Numbered from the stretch's first letter, positions 39,492 through 49,800 are shown. The stretch: DNA of 52,829 nt from a virus (IMGVR_UViG_3300048579_000117:1-52829), one strand, 5' to 3'. The notes: a model not told the origin generated them from the letters alone. A program made the numbers and translations.

Positions 39492-39857
39492 ATGACTGTT
39501 CTGACCGAAGGCCGCCATACCGCGGAATACATCCTGAGCGAGGCCAACGGCCACCGCTCGCGCGAAGTCGGCACGCTGCTCGCCGGCAACAAGCTGACGC
39601 CGGGCACCGTACTGGGCCGTATCACGGCCAGCAGCAAGCTCACCGTGCTGACGCCCGGTGCGTCCGACGGCTCGCAGACCGCCGCCGCCGTGCTGTTCGA
39701 CGACGTTGACGCGACTGCCGCCGACAAGACGGCGGTCTACACCGCTCGCGACGCCGAAGTGAAGGGCGTTGCCCTCACCTGGCCGGCCGGCATCAGCGCC
39801 CCGAACAAGACCGCCGCCATCGCCGCACTTGCGGCTCTCGGCATCATCGTCCGCTGA
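39492..39857 (+). CDS. Head decoration protein (gpD-like)
   Basis: 121 aa. LSEANGHRSRE...G.VLG.IT...K........DGS..A.AVL...V resembles the decoration-protein family. Lies between the protease and the capsid gene. Confidence 0.8.
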   Translation: MTVLTEGRHTAEYILSEANGHRSREVGTLLAGNKLTPGTVLGRITASSKLTVLTPGASDGSQTAAAVLFDDVDATAADKTAVYTARDAEVKGVALTWPAGISAPNKTAAIAALAALGIIVR

Positions 39858-39892
39858 GCGGGCGACCCCACGAATCATTTGGAGAACCCGCA

Positions 39893-40909
39893 ATGGCCCA
39901 TATGGACATCTTCAACGACCGTGCCTTCCACATGGTCGACATGACGGCGGCGATCAACAAGCGCCCCCATCTGCCCACCTTCCTGCGCTCGCAGAACCTG
40001 TTCACCTCGAAGCCGGTGCGCACCGCAACGGTGTCGATCGAACGCCAGAACGGCAAGCTCACGCTCATCCCGACCACCGAACGCGGTGCGCCGCCGACGG
40101 TTGCTGATGCCGACAAGCGCGACATCCGCGACTTCCGCACGGTGCGCCTTGCCAAGGGTGACAAGATCTACGCGCATGAGATCGAAGGCATTCGCGCCTT
40201 CGGTTCCAGCACCGAACTGCAGCAGGTGATGGAGGAAGTGGCGCGCCGCCAGACCAACCTGCTGCGCGATCACGAACTCACGCTGGAGCGCATGCGTCTG
40301 GGCGCGGTGCAGGGCATCGTGCTCGACGCCGACAACAGCGTCATCCGCAACTGGTACACCGAGTGGGGCATCACCCAACCCACGGAATTCGATTTCGAAC
40401 TCGATGACCCGGCCACTGACGTGCGCGAGAAGTGCACGGCGGTCGTTCGTGCCATGGCTCGCGCGTCGGAAGGTTCGTGGGTGGACGGCGTCACGCAGGT
40501 GCATTGCCTGGCCGGCGACGACTTCTACGACGCCCTGACGAATCACCCGAACGTCCGCCAGACCTACCTGAACTGGGTTGCGGCTGCCGAGGTGCGTGAA
40601 GGCAATGCGTTCGAATCGTTCCGCTACGGCGGAATCACCTTCCACAACTACCGCGGTACCGACGACAACTCAACTGTGGCCGTCTCGCCTACGCTGGCTA
40701 AGTTCTACCCGGTCGGCGCCGTCGATGTGTTCCAGGTCGCGCAGTCGCCGGCCGAAACCTTCGATTTCGTGAACACCCCGGGTCAGGAGTTCTACACCTG
40801 GATCGTTCGCGACAAGGACCGCAACGCCTGGGTGCAGCCGGAAGTCTTCGGCTACCCGTTGCACATCTGCACCCGCCCGCTGATGCTGCAGCGCGCGAAG
40901 CTGGCCTGA
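39893..40909 (+). CDS. Major capsid protein (lambda gpE family)
   Basis: 338 aa. N-terminal MDIFNDRAFHMVDMTAAINKRPHLPTFL...F and overall length are typical of capsid protein E. Confidence 0.9.
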   Translation: MAHMDIFNDRAFHMVDMTAAINKRPHLPTFLRSQNLFTSKPVRTATVSIERQNGKLTLIPTTERGAPPTVADADKRDIRDFRTVRLAKGDKIYAHEIEGIRAFGSSTELQQVMEEVARRQTNLLRDHELTLERMRLGAVQGIVLDADNSVIRNWYTEWGITQPTEFDFELDDPATDVREKCTAVVRAMARASEGSWVDGVTQVHCLAGDDFYDALTNHPNVRQTYLNWVAAAEVREGNAFESFRYGGITFHNYRGTDDNSTVAVSPTLAKFYPVGAVDVFQVAQSPAETFDFVNTPGQEFYTWIVRDKDRNAWVQPEVFGYPLHICTRPLMLQRAKLA

Positions 40910-40914
40910 TAGCC

Positions 40915-41253
40915 ATGCCGGCCACGCCCTTCGCCGCCGTGCTCGACCGTATCGACCGCGCTTCGCAGTCGATGCTGTCGGACGCGCTCGCCACGTGGGT
41001 TCCTTCCACGGGCGAGCCGGCGCGCGAGGACGTGGCCGTCATCTTCGGCATCGAAACCATCGACGCCTTCTTGGCCAAGCGTTCGGACGCGATCAAGTAC
41101 CTGCTCGCGGACTTGCCGGGCCTGCGCAAAGGCGAGGCCATCACCATCACGCAGAACGGCGTCGCCGCGGAATACGTGGTCGGCGACACCGGCCTTCTGA
41201 CGGCCACCCGCGGCATCGCCTGGCTGAACAGCAAGCGGGGTGCATGCGCATGA
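40915..41253 (+). CDS. Head-tail connector / head completion protein candidate (112 aa)
   Basis: Assigned by position directly after the capsid gene. ATGA coupled downstream. Confidence 0.6.
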   Translation: MPATPFAAVLDRIDRASQSMLSDALATWVPSTGEPAREDVAVIFGIETIDAFLAKRSDAIKYLLADLPGLRKGEAITITQNGVAAEYVVGDTGLLTATRGIAWLNSKRGACA

Positions 41254-41693
41254 CCCCGAACCGCAACTGGCTCGACGCCGAACCGCTCATCCTGCAGCGC
41301 CTGCGCGAGCGCTTCCCCGATGTCCCCGATGTGCTGATGTGGAAGGACGTGCCCGACAACTTCAGCGATCTACCGCTGCCGCTGGTGGCGGTGCGCTTCG
41401 TCGGCTTCCGCGTACTGCCCAGCGAACGCCCGCTGCCGCGCGAAGCGCGCCTGCGCGCCGAGTGGCACGTCATCGTCGCCGGCCGCGAGGGCACCGAGCA
41501 TGACCCGTCGGGCCCGGCCGCTGCGCAGCTGTCCGACCTGTGCGGCCGTGTGCTGGGCGCGCTGCTCGGCTACCGGCCCGAAGGCTTCCCCAAACCCCTC
41601 ATGCCGCTCGATACCCCCGCCATGTTCCCGGAAGCGGGCGTCGAGTCGCATGCCTGCGGCTTCGGACTTGAGTTCGTGGCTGTCGCAACCTGA
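41250..41693 (+). CDS. Tail completion / neck protein candidate (147 aa; alternative start at 41244)
   Basis: Assigned by position. The coding portion of track ORF 40995..41693. Confidence 0.6.
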   Translation: MTPNRNWLDAEPLILQRLRERFPDVPDVLMWKDVPDNFSDLPLPLVAVRFVGFRVLPSERPLPREARLRAEWHVIVAGREGTEHDPSGPAAAQLSDLCGRVLGALLGYRPEGFPKPLMPLDTPAMFPEAGVESHACGFGLEFVAVAT

Positions 41694-41703
41694 AAGGACA
41701 CCC

Positions 41704-42210
41704 GTGCCCATCGAATCCACCGACATCGAGTTCCGCCTGTCCGGCGGCGGTTCGAACACCGACCCGAACGCGGCGCTGGGCGGCGCGAAGAGCACCACCG
41801 AAATCGGTACCGGCCTGCACAACCTGTTCGACATCGTCGGCAGCGCCGAATCGGCGGCGGGCGACACCGAGTACCGCTGCTTCTATGTGCACAACGCGCA
41901 CGCGACGCTCACGCTCGAAAACGCAGTCATCTTCATCCAGAGCAATACGCCGAGCACCGACACCATCGCCGAAATCGCGGTCGGCAGTTCGGCGGTGAAC
42001 GGTACCGAGCAGACCATCGCGAACGAGTCCACCGCGCCGACCGGTGTCACGTTCAGTGCCGCTGCGAACCTTGGCGCCGCATTGGCGCTTGGCGACATCC
42101 CGCCCGGACAGCATCGCGCCGTGTGGGTGAAGCGCATCGTCGCCGAAGGAGCGGCGGCGTACAACGACGACCAGATCACCCTGCGCGTGCAGGGCGATAC
42201 CGCCGCGTAA
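41704..42210 (+). CDS. Hypothetical virion protein (168 aa)
   Basis: RBS gaaaggac before GTG 41704. IEFRLSGGGSNTDPNAALGG ... YRCFYVHN. Adjacent to the 1022-aa fibre gene. Confidence 0.65.
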   Translation: MPIESTDIEFRLSGGGSNTDPNAALGGAKSTTEIGTGLHNLFDIVGSAESAAGDTEYRCFYVHNAHATLTLENAVIFIQSNTPSTDTIAEIAVGSSAVNGTEQTIANESTAPTGVTFSAAANLGAALALGDIPPGQHRAVWVKRIVAEGAAAYNDDQITLRVQGDTAA

Positions 42211-42222
42211 CGGCGCCTACGC

Positions 42223-45200
42223 ATGGCTGTCGCCCACGACCAGCGGACCCTGCCGCTCGCCCGCAACCCGGACAACCCGTCCGCGGCAGGGATCACGCTC
42301 GCCTGGGATTTCACCGGCATGGGCAGTCTGCCGGAGGCGCAGCCGTTCCTGTTTGGCGGCGGCTCAGCGCCCTCGCTGACGGTCAGCGGCAATCGCAGCT
42401 ATCCGACGTACAACGGCATCCAGGGCGTCCGGCCCGGTGGCTCTGGTGCGTCCGGCAGCTACAGCAACCTGACGTTCACGGGTCAGGGCATGCAGGTCGG
42501 CACAGGCGATTTTCAGGTCGCGCTGATCTTCACGACCGGGCCTACGCTGCCGACCACGAACAACACCATCAAGGCGCTGGTCATCCGCAACGATGCGGGC
42601 ACGGCGCTGGTGGACTTCACAATCAGCGAATCCATCGGCAACGGCTGGTTCCTGAACGCGAACAGTTCGACCGGCGAGGGCACGGCGGTCACCGCCACCA
42701 TCTACGGCGTCAACAAGACCGTCATTCTGTGGTTCCGCCGCCGTGGCGGCGTGACCAATGTCTGGACGCAGGAGGCGACGCCGTCAAGCATCCTTGTCGC
42801 GCGCTACAACGCAGGCAGCGACAGCACCGCATGGACCGACACCAGCGCGAAGCGGATCTACATCGCGTGGAATCAGAGCACGACCGCTGTCGTCGATGTC
42901 GCGATTCACGGTGTGCGCTTCTGGGGTGGGTCGTCGCTCGACGACGAGGCGACGCGCAACGTCGGTCGCGACTTCTGGGCGCTTGAGGCGAACGAGGTCG
43001 AAAGCGACAGCCTTGCGATCACCTCGCCGGCCGCCGACACCGCCGTCCCGACCACGACGACGATCAGCGGCACGTACACCGGCACCGCGCCGACTGGCGT
43101 CGATGTGCAGCACGGCAGCGCATCGTGGGTGACGCTGTCGGGCTTCAGTGCCTCGTCGGGCACGTGGTCCGGCAATGCCGTGCTGGCCGTAGCGTCGGCC
43201 GCAGCTCTGCGCGCGCGCTATGGCAACAACACCAGCATCGTGTCCGCCGATATCGCGAACATCACGGTCGAGGCCGACGCGATCGCCTTCACGGTGCCGA
43301 TGACCGGCGCCGACCCGGACCCGATGGGCGCTGTCGATTACCGCCTGTTTCAGCGTGACGGCTCGAACCAGGCCACGGGCGTGCGCGTCACCGGCACATA
43401 TGACGGCGACCCGGATGGCCCGATCGAGTGGCGCTTTGCCGGCGGCAGTTGGGCCACGCTGGACGCGACGCCTACAGGCGGTGAGTTCGACGAGACAGTG
43501 ACGCTGCAGGGCCCGGCACAGGGCGCGCTCGAAGTCCGTTTCGCTGCGAACCCGTCTGTGTCGGCCGCGCTGTCCTACGTCGGTGTCGGCGACCTGTATC
43601 TTTGCGCAGGGCAGAGCAACGCGGCCGGCTGGTCGCCGAGCTATGTGCAGCCAGTAGCGCCCGACACGAACCCGACGTGGAAAGCGGTCGAGTTCGATTT
43701 CGCACACGTGTGGCGCGAGAACTTCGAGACTCTGGCCAAGCCGTTTCATATCCCCGGCGACGCCGTGTATTCCGCGTTCAATGCCGGCGGCGCGGGTGAC
43801 GGGTCGTACTACGGTCACCTTGCGACGCTGGCGATGGAGTCAGGCGTGCCGATCGGCGTGGTGCCCGCAGCGCGCGGCAGCACGAATATCGATCAGTGGG
43901 CACCGAACGCGCCGACGAACACCGGCACGCTCTACGGCGCCATGCTGGCTACCGCACAGCTGCTCGGCAGCTTCCGCTACGTGCTGTGGTGGCAGGGCGA
44001 AGGCTCGATGTCGGACGGTGCGACCGGCACCGCCTACGACCCGACGCTCTACGCCGGGAAGCTCGACGAGATCATGGATGCATTCGCTGCGGCCGGTCAG
44101 ACCGCGCAGTGGGTGCTGACGATGCCGTGTCTCGCGAACCCGGAAGCCAAGGCGAATGGCGTGCTTCTGCGCGCCGCCATCGCGAGCCTTGCGAGCAACG
44201 AACACGTCGCCGGTGTGCTCGACCTCGACGACCCGACGCCGGCCTACGACTCGCTGCACTACGAGGGCAGCACCGAGATCATCACCATCGCAGAGCGCAT
44301 GGCCGCGCTGCTCGGCTATGCGCTGGCACCGGTGCAGTCCGATGCCGCTCTGCGCTGGTCCCTGAAGTCCGCGGTGTCACTCGACGCGGCCATCCGCTGG
44401 TCCCTGCAACAGCCGGTCCAGGCGGATGCCGCCCTCCGCTGGTCAATGCTTCAGCCCGTGTCTGCCGACCTGATCGCCCGATGGGCAATGCAGTCGGTCG
44501 CAGCCGCAGACCAGACCGCCGCCTGGAGCGTGCTGCAGACCGTAGAGCAGACCCAGCTGATGGCGTGGCAGCTGCTGCAGGCGGCGCAGGCCGACGCCAC
44601 GCTTCGCTGGGCGATGCTTGAAGCGGTCAGCGGCGACGTCACCGCGCTGTGGAACATCGCCGCCACGCTGGGCATCGTTTCGGCCGATCTAGCGCTGCGC
44701 TGGTCCGCGCTGGCGACCGTCACGGCCGACGCCGCACTGCACTGGCACCTGCTCAACGCCGTCGCGCGCGGCGTCGATCTGCCGTGGCACGTCGTCCAGA
44801 CCATCGCCGCAGACAGTGCGCTGCGCTGGGCACTGGTGTCGGCCGTGCAGACCGACCTCACCGCAGCCTGGCGACTTGTGACCGCCGTCAGCGCCGACAG
44901 CGTGCTCGCTTGGGACATGGCCGCCGCCGTCGGCGTCGTCGCCACCTCCCTCAGCCTGCACTGGTCCGTTGTCGCGCGCGTGCAGCAGTCCATCGACGCG
45001 CGCTGGTCGCTGCTGGCGTCGGTCGGCGCCGATGCCGACATGCGATGGGACATCGTCACAAGCGTCATGCGCGAACTCACCGCGCGCTGGGAAGTGGTCG
45101 CGCAACTGGTCGCGTCGGCAAGCCTCGACCTCGCATGGTCGCTGGTGGCCGTGTCCGAAACCGATCTGGTCATGCGCTGGCAGATCGGCGAGGTGTTCGA

Positions 45201-45291
45201 CCTCGTCGTGCGCAAGCGCTTCGTCGCGGGCGCATCCACGCGCCGCGTGTTCGTCACAGGTGCATCCACCCGCAGGAGCTTCGTCGCATGA
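42223..45291 (+). CDS. Large fibre/spike-like protein with a SASA/SGNH-type O-acetylesterase domain and a C-terminal Trp-repeat array (1022 aa)
   Basis: Esterase motifs LYLCAGQSNAAGW, VLWWQGEGS and YDSLHYEG. Ig-like Thr/Ser-rich segments. About 20 repeats of 14 aa, of the type xxVxxDxxLRWxL, at residues 702-988. Confidence 0.85.
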   Translation: MAVAHDQRTLPLARNPDNPSAAGITLAWDFTGMGSLPEAQPFLFGGGSAPSLTVSGNRSYPTYNGIQGVRPGGSGASGSYSNLTFTGQGMQVGTGDFQVALIFTTGPTLPTTNNTIKALVIRNDAGTALVDFTISESIGNGWFLNANSSTGEGTAVTATIYGVNKTVILWFRRRGGVTNVWTQEATPSSILVARYNAGSDSTAWTDTSAKRIYIAWNQSTTAVVDVAIHGVRFWGGSSLDDEATRNVGRDFWALEANEVESDSLAITSPAADTAVPTTTTISGTYTGTAPTGVDVQHGSASWVTLSGFSASSGTWSGNAVLAVASAAALRARYGNNTSIVSADIANITVEADAIAFTVPMTGADPDPMGAVDYRLFQRDGSNQATGVRVTGTYDGDPDGPIEWRFAGGSWATLDATPTGGEFDETVTLQGPAQGALEVRFAANPSVSAALSYVGVGDLYLCAGQSNAAGWSPSYVQPVAPDTNPTWKAVEFDFAHVWRENFETLAKPFHIPGDAVYSAFNAGGAGDGSYYGHLATLAMESGVPIGVVPAARGSTNIDQWAPNAPTNTGTLYGAMLATAQLLGSFRYVLWWQGEGSMSDGATGTAYDPTLYAGKLDEIMDAFAAAGQTAQWVLTMPCLANPEAKANGVLLRAAIASLASNEHVAGVLDLDDPTPAYDSLHYEGSTEIITIAERMAALLGYALAPVQSDAALRWSLKSAVSLDAAIRWSLQQPVQADAALRWSMLQPVSADLIARWAMQSVAAADQTAAWSVLQTVEQTQLMAWQLLQAAQADATLRWAMLEAVSGDVTALWNIAATLGIVSADLALRWSALATVTADAALHWHLLNAVARGVDLPWHVVQTIAADSALRWALVSAVQTDLTAAWRLVTAVSADSVLAWDMAAAVGVVATSLSLHWSVVARVQQSIDARWSLLASVGADADMRWDIVTSVMRELTARWEVVAQLVASASLDLAWSLVAVSETDLVMRWQIGEVFDLVVRKRFVAGASTRRVFVTGASTRRSFVA
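44326..45186 (+). repeat. Degenerate 42-nt (14-aa) tandem repeat array inside the fibre gene, about 20 units with an invariant Trp
   Basis: Units such as SDAALRWSLKSAV, SLDAAIRWSLQQPV, QADAALRWSMLQPV, ... TDLVMRWQI, read from the translation. Confidence 0.85.
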
Positions 45292-45647
45292 GCGCCACCG
45301 CGGCCGTCTGGCCGTTCAAAGACCCGGAAGAGGCCTTCGCCTGCGCCTTCGATTTCGCCCTGGAGTTGATCGAGGGCGAAACGATCACCGGCACACCGTC
45401 GATCACAGTGGCGGTCGTCGACGGCACCGACGCCAGCCCGGCATCGCTCAAGTCCGGCGCACCGGTCGTTGAAAGCGGCCGTGTGCTGCAGCGCCTGGTC
45501 GGCGGCGTGGCCGGCGTCACCTACAGCCTCACCTGCATGGCGAACACCAGCGAAGGCAACACCCTCGCGCGGGCCGCGATCCTGCCTGTTGAAGTCGCAA
45601 GCCGGTGGAACCAGTACCGCCGGGTCATCAACCCCACCACCACCTGA
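45288..45647 (+). CDS. Hypothetical virion protein (119 aa)
   Basis: ATGA overlap with the fibre gene stop. The coding part of track ORF 44649..45647. Confidence 0.65.
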   Translation: MSATAAVWPFKDPEEAFACAFDFALELIEGETITGTPSITVAVVDGTDASPASLKSGAPVVESGRVLQRLVGGVAGVTYSLTCMANTSEGNTLARAAILPVEVASRWNQYRRVINPTTT

Positions 45648-45658
45648 AAGGACACACC

Positions 45659-46417
45659 ATGCTGCAGTCCGTCATCCTCTCCGGCATCCCGGAGATCGCG
45701 CCGTATGACCCGGCCATCCCGTTCGACAGCCGCAACTTCCGCGACATCGGCAACGTGTCGACGCTGACCTACAACTACGACGTCGAACAGCGCCGTCTGC
45801 CGAATTCCCGCACCGGTCGCGGCAACTACGCGACCGCCGATCGCGTGAACGAGATCAACGGCCAGATCGACATGCGAAACCTCAACCCGCAGAACCTTGC
45901 GTTGGGCCTGTGGGGCGCCGCCAACGCAGTCGCGGGCGGCACGGTGTCCGACGAAGAGCACGTGTTTTATGGCGCGGGTACCTTCGTCATGACCGCACGG
46001 ATGATCGACACCTCGGTCGCGCCCGTCGTCGAAGTCGGCGCAACCGTGGTCGATACCGACGACTACGTCGTCGAGCGCACCGGCATTCGCTTCAAGGACA
46101 CCGTCACCACGGTGGGTCTGGTGGCCGACGCCGACATAACCATCAGCTACACGGCAAGTTCGGTCATCGATGTCGAGGCGCTGATCAGCGGTGCTCCGCA
46201 GGTGAGCGTGCGGCTGATCGGTGAAGACGCCGTGTCGGGTGAGCCGAGCACCGCGCGCTTCTACAAGGTCAAGCTCGGCTTGGCGGGCGATGTGTCGATG
46301 ATCGGCGATGACTTCGCAAACCTGTCGCTATCCATGACCATCGAGGAAGACCCGACCATCATCGGCACGGGCCTTTCGAAGTTCCTGAAGCTGCAGCAGC
46401 TGGGCGAAGCGGCATGA
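45659..46417 (+). CDS. Major tail (tube) protein
   Basis: RBS gaaaggacac before ATG 45659. 252 aa. Lies immediately upstream of the chaperone/frameshift pair and the tape measure gene. Confidence 0.75.
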   Translation: MLQSVILSGIPEIAPYDPAIPFDSRNFRDIGNVSTLTYNYDVEQRRLPNSRTGRGNYATADRVNEINGQIDMRNLNPQNLALGLWGAANAVAGGTVSDEEHVFYGAGTFVMTARMIDTSVAPVVEVGATVVDTDDYVVERTGIRFKDTVTTVGLVADADITISYTASSVIDVEALISGAPQVSVRLIGEDAVSGEPSTARFYKVKLGLAGDVSMIGDDFANLSLSMTIEEDPTIIGTGLSKFLKLQQLGEAA

Positions 46418-46794
46418 CGCAGCTCGCTGCAGTCAGCGAGGTGCCGACCCGCGAGGCCGGCATCGTCAAGGTGCGCGAGATCAACCTTGCGGAGATCCGC
46501 GCGCACCTTGCCGGCGCGGAAGCTCGCGAGCAGGCGCCAGCGGCGGGCGGTGAATCGCCCGACCGCGGCGACCTGTTCGTGGCGTCGGTGCTGGGCGGTT
46601 TCTCGATCGCCGATCTGAAGCGCTTCACCGATCTGGACGATGAGCGCTGCAGCCGCCTCACGCCTTCGGAGTTCAAGGCGGTCTTCGAGCGCGTGAAGGC
46701 GCTGAACCCGGATTTTTTCGCCGTGCTCGACCGGTGGGCAGCCGACCTGGTCGAACGCATGACGTCCGGGCTGACATTGAGCGAGGCGCCCTGA
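46414..46794 (+). CDS. Tail assembly chaperone (gpG-like)
   Basis: ATGA coupling. Acidic 126-aa protein between the tube and tape measure genes. Contains the slippery site near its 3' end. Confidence 0.8.
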   Translation: MTQLAAVSEVPTREAGIVKVREINLAEIRAHLAGAEAREQAPAAGGESPDRGDLFVASVLGGFSIADLKRFTDLDDERCSRLTPSEFKAVFERVKALNPDFFAVLDRWAADLVERMTSGLTLSEAP

Positions 46795-46895
46795 TGCTGG
46801 AGCAGCTGGGCCACGCCAACGTTTGGGCTTACCCGTATGCCCTGTTCCTGCGCGCCGCCGAAGTGGCGAAGAAGACCCAGGGGAAGGGCGGCTGA
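46414..46895 (+). CDS. Frameshifted chaperone fusion (gpGT-like): 46414..46719 joined at -1 to 46719..46895
   Basis: The -1 frame after the slip reads RRARPVGSRPGRTHDVRADIERGALMLEQLGHANVWAYPYALFLRAAEVAKKTQGKGG and stops 3 nt before the tape measure ATG. Confidence 0.65.
46713..46719 (+). other. Programmed -1 ribosomal frameshift slippery heptamer T_TTT_TTC
   Basis: GAT TTT TTC in the zero frame. The -1 frame is open from here through 46895. Confidence 0.7.
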
Positions 46896-46898
46896 CGC

Positions 46899-49800
46899 AT
46901 GGCGGCGCTGAACAAGGACGTATCGCTCACGCTCGCGTTCAAGACGCTGGGCATCCGCGACGTGAAGAGCGTCGCGGGCGACCTGAAGGCGGTACGCAGC
47001 GCGCTGGACGAGATCAAGTCCAGCGGCGCAGCGCCCGAAGAGATTGCCCGCGCGACGGCTGCGGCGCAGAAGCAGACGGCTGCACTGCGCCGTGAGTTGG
47101 AGCGCACGCCGGCATCGGTGTCGGCCCTGTCGCAGGCGATGGGTGCGCTGAAGATTCGTTCGGTGGCGGACATTCGTGCGGACATCGCGGCGGTGAATAC
47201 GGAACTGGCGCGCGTGAAGCAGAACGCGAACAGCCCGCTGGATATCGTCCGCGCCACCGCGGCGGCCGAGAAGCAGGTGGCGGCGCTGCGCCGCGAACTG
47301 GGTCTGGCGCCGAAGTCGATCGCCGATGTGTCTTCTGCCTTCGCCGCGCTCAACGTCCGGTCGTTCAAGGACATCCGCACCGATATCGAGGCGACGAACG
47401 CGGCGCTGGAGCGTGTGCGCCGCAGCGGTGCTGCGCCGGACGAACTCGCGCGCGCAACGGCCGCCGCGCAGCAGCGCGTTGCGAAGCTGACGGCGGAACT
47501 GCAGGGCGCTGTACAGCGCACGCGCGATCTGGGTGGCGCATCGGCCGGCCTCACGAACGCCTACCGCACGCTCAACATGCGCGGACCGGCCGAACTGCGC
47601 CGCGAAATCATGGGCGTCGAAACCGCTCTGCAGCGCGTCAAGGCATCCGCAGCGGGGCCCGCGGAGATCGCTCGCGTATCGGCCATCGCGCAGCAGCGCG
47701 TGAACGAACTGCGGGCAGAACTGAACGGAGTGGCGGCGGCGGGCACGAACGCGGGTAGCAGTGTCGCCGCGCAGTTGGCGGGTGTCGTGTCGGCAGCGGT
47801 AGCGGCGCGCGCCGCCCTTTCGGCCGTGCAGTCAGTGATCGAAAAGGGCCTGGCCGCCGAATCGCTGCAGGTGCAGTTCGACTTCGCCTTCAGCGGCGAC
47901 GTGTCGCGCGCCGGCGAGGAACTGGCGTGGGTGCGCGCGCTGGTCGAAGAACTCGGCCTCGAACTCGAAACCACCGCACGCAGTTACGCGAAGCTGGCGG
48001 CCGCCTCGCGCGGCACTGCGCTGGAAGGCGAAGCCACGCGCGACATCTTCCGCGCAGTGGCCTCTGCCGCCACGGTGATGCGCCTGAGCACAGAGCAGAC
48101 TGAAGGCGCGTTGCTGGCCATCCAGCAGATGATCAGCAAGGGCAACGTCCAGGCCGAAGAACTGCGGGGCCAGTTGGGCGAGCGCATCCCGGGTGCGTTC
48201 CAGATCGCTGCGCGCGCCATCGGCGTCACGACGCAAGAACTGGATGGCATGCTGAAGAAGGGCGAGGTGGTCGCGTCCGACTTCCTGCCGAAGTTCGCCG
48301 CCGAACTGCAACGCAGCGTGGGCGGCAGTCTTGAAACGGCGTCGGATTCGCTGGGTGCGCAACTGAACCGCATCACGAACCGGTTGACCGAGTTCCAGCA
48401 GCGCATCGCTGCGTCCGGCGTGATGGACACCGTTGCGCTGCAGATCGAAAACCTGCTGGCGCGCATCGAGGAGGCCGCCGAGAACGGCGACCTCGACGCC
48501 TTCGCGCAGAAGCTGTCCGACGTGATGTCGGACGCCATCAACATCATCGCGGCGGTGACGGATGCGGCGATCGCGCTGTCCAGTGCGCTTGAGGCGCTGG
48601 CGCCGGTTATCGCCGGGCTCGCGGTGGCGAAGGCGGCGGGCGCGCTCGGGCTGCTGAACGGATCACTTCTCACCATGGCCTCGGCGGCGACTTCTGCCGG
48701 CGGCGCCGCAGCGCTGGCGACCACCGCTGTGCAAGGATTTCTGTCGGTCATCGGCAAGGGGGCGGCGCTTGCAGTCATCGGCCTGTCGACTCAGAAGATC
48801 CTCGAACTCGTCGCCGCCATGCGCGAGTACAGCGATGTGACCGAGAAGCTGGCACGCGACGACCAGAAATTCCTGTCCGAGAACAAGGCCGTGATGGAGG
48901 CCACCGCCTTCGCGAAAGATGCGGTCCGCCTCAACTCGGAGCAGATCGCGGAACTGAGCGCAAGTGAGCGCGCGGCGTATGAAGAGCGGTTGAAGTCGGC
49001 GGCCGAGTACTACCGCGCCCGCTCGAACCTTGAGAATCGCGCCGCAGCGAACAGCAACGTCACGCCGCAGTCCGCGATCGATGCCGCCCGCGACGCGCGT
49101 GCGTATGAGAACAGCCTGCAGGAACTGGCGAACATCAACAATCGCCGCGTGCAGTTGATCCAGGACTTCAACGCCCGCCAGGCGCAGGCGAAAGACCAGG
49201 TACTCGCGACGCTGAAGCAGAAGCTTGGCGCGCAGCTCAAGGCCTACGACGACGCCAACAAGGCGCTGGAGGGCGCCCGCAAGCGGCGCGAGCAGTTGGC
49301 GAAGTCGAACGACGACTTCATCGCCGGCATCGGCCAAAGCCGCAAGCCCGAGCGCGAGGCGAACACGGGTGACGTGCAGGCCCAGATCGCCCGCTCGCGG
49401 CAGGCACTGGCCGGCGGCAACTTCGAAGACGCCATTCGTGCAGGCGAGCGCGCGAAGTCGCTCATCAGCGAGATCGACAAGGCGGGCGGGTCGAGCGCCG
49501 ACGTGCTGGGCTACCTCGCCAAGCAGGTGAAGGCGCTGCAGGACCAGGCGGCAGCCGGTGCCGAGCAGGCAGAGCAGGCGAAGCTGTCCACCATTCAGGA
49601 CGCCATCAACAAGCTACGCACCGATGCCGAATGGCTCAAGACCATCAGCGTCGGTTTCGACCAGGCCGGCGCCGCGGCCAGCCTTGAAACGCTGGTCACC
49701 ACGCTGCAGGAAAAGCTGAAGAACAACCCGATCGTGCTGCCGGTCGTCACCGTGCCGGCCGGCGGCAGCGGCGCTGACGACAAGCGCACCGCGGAGATTC

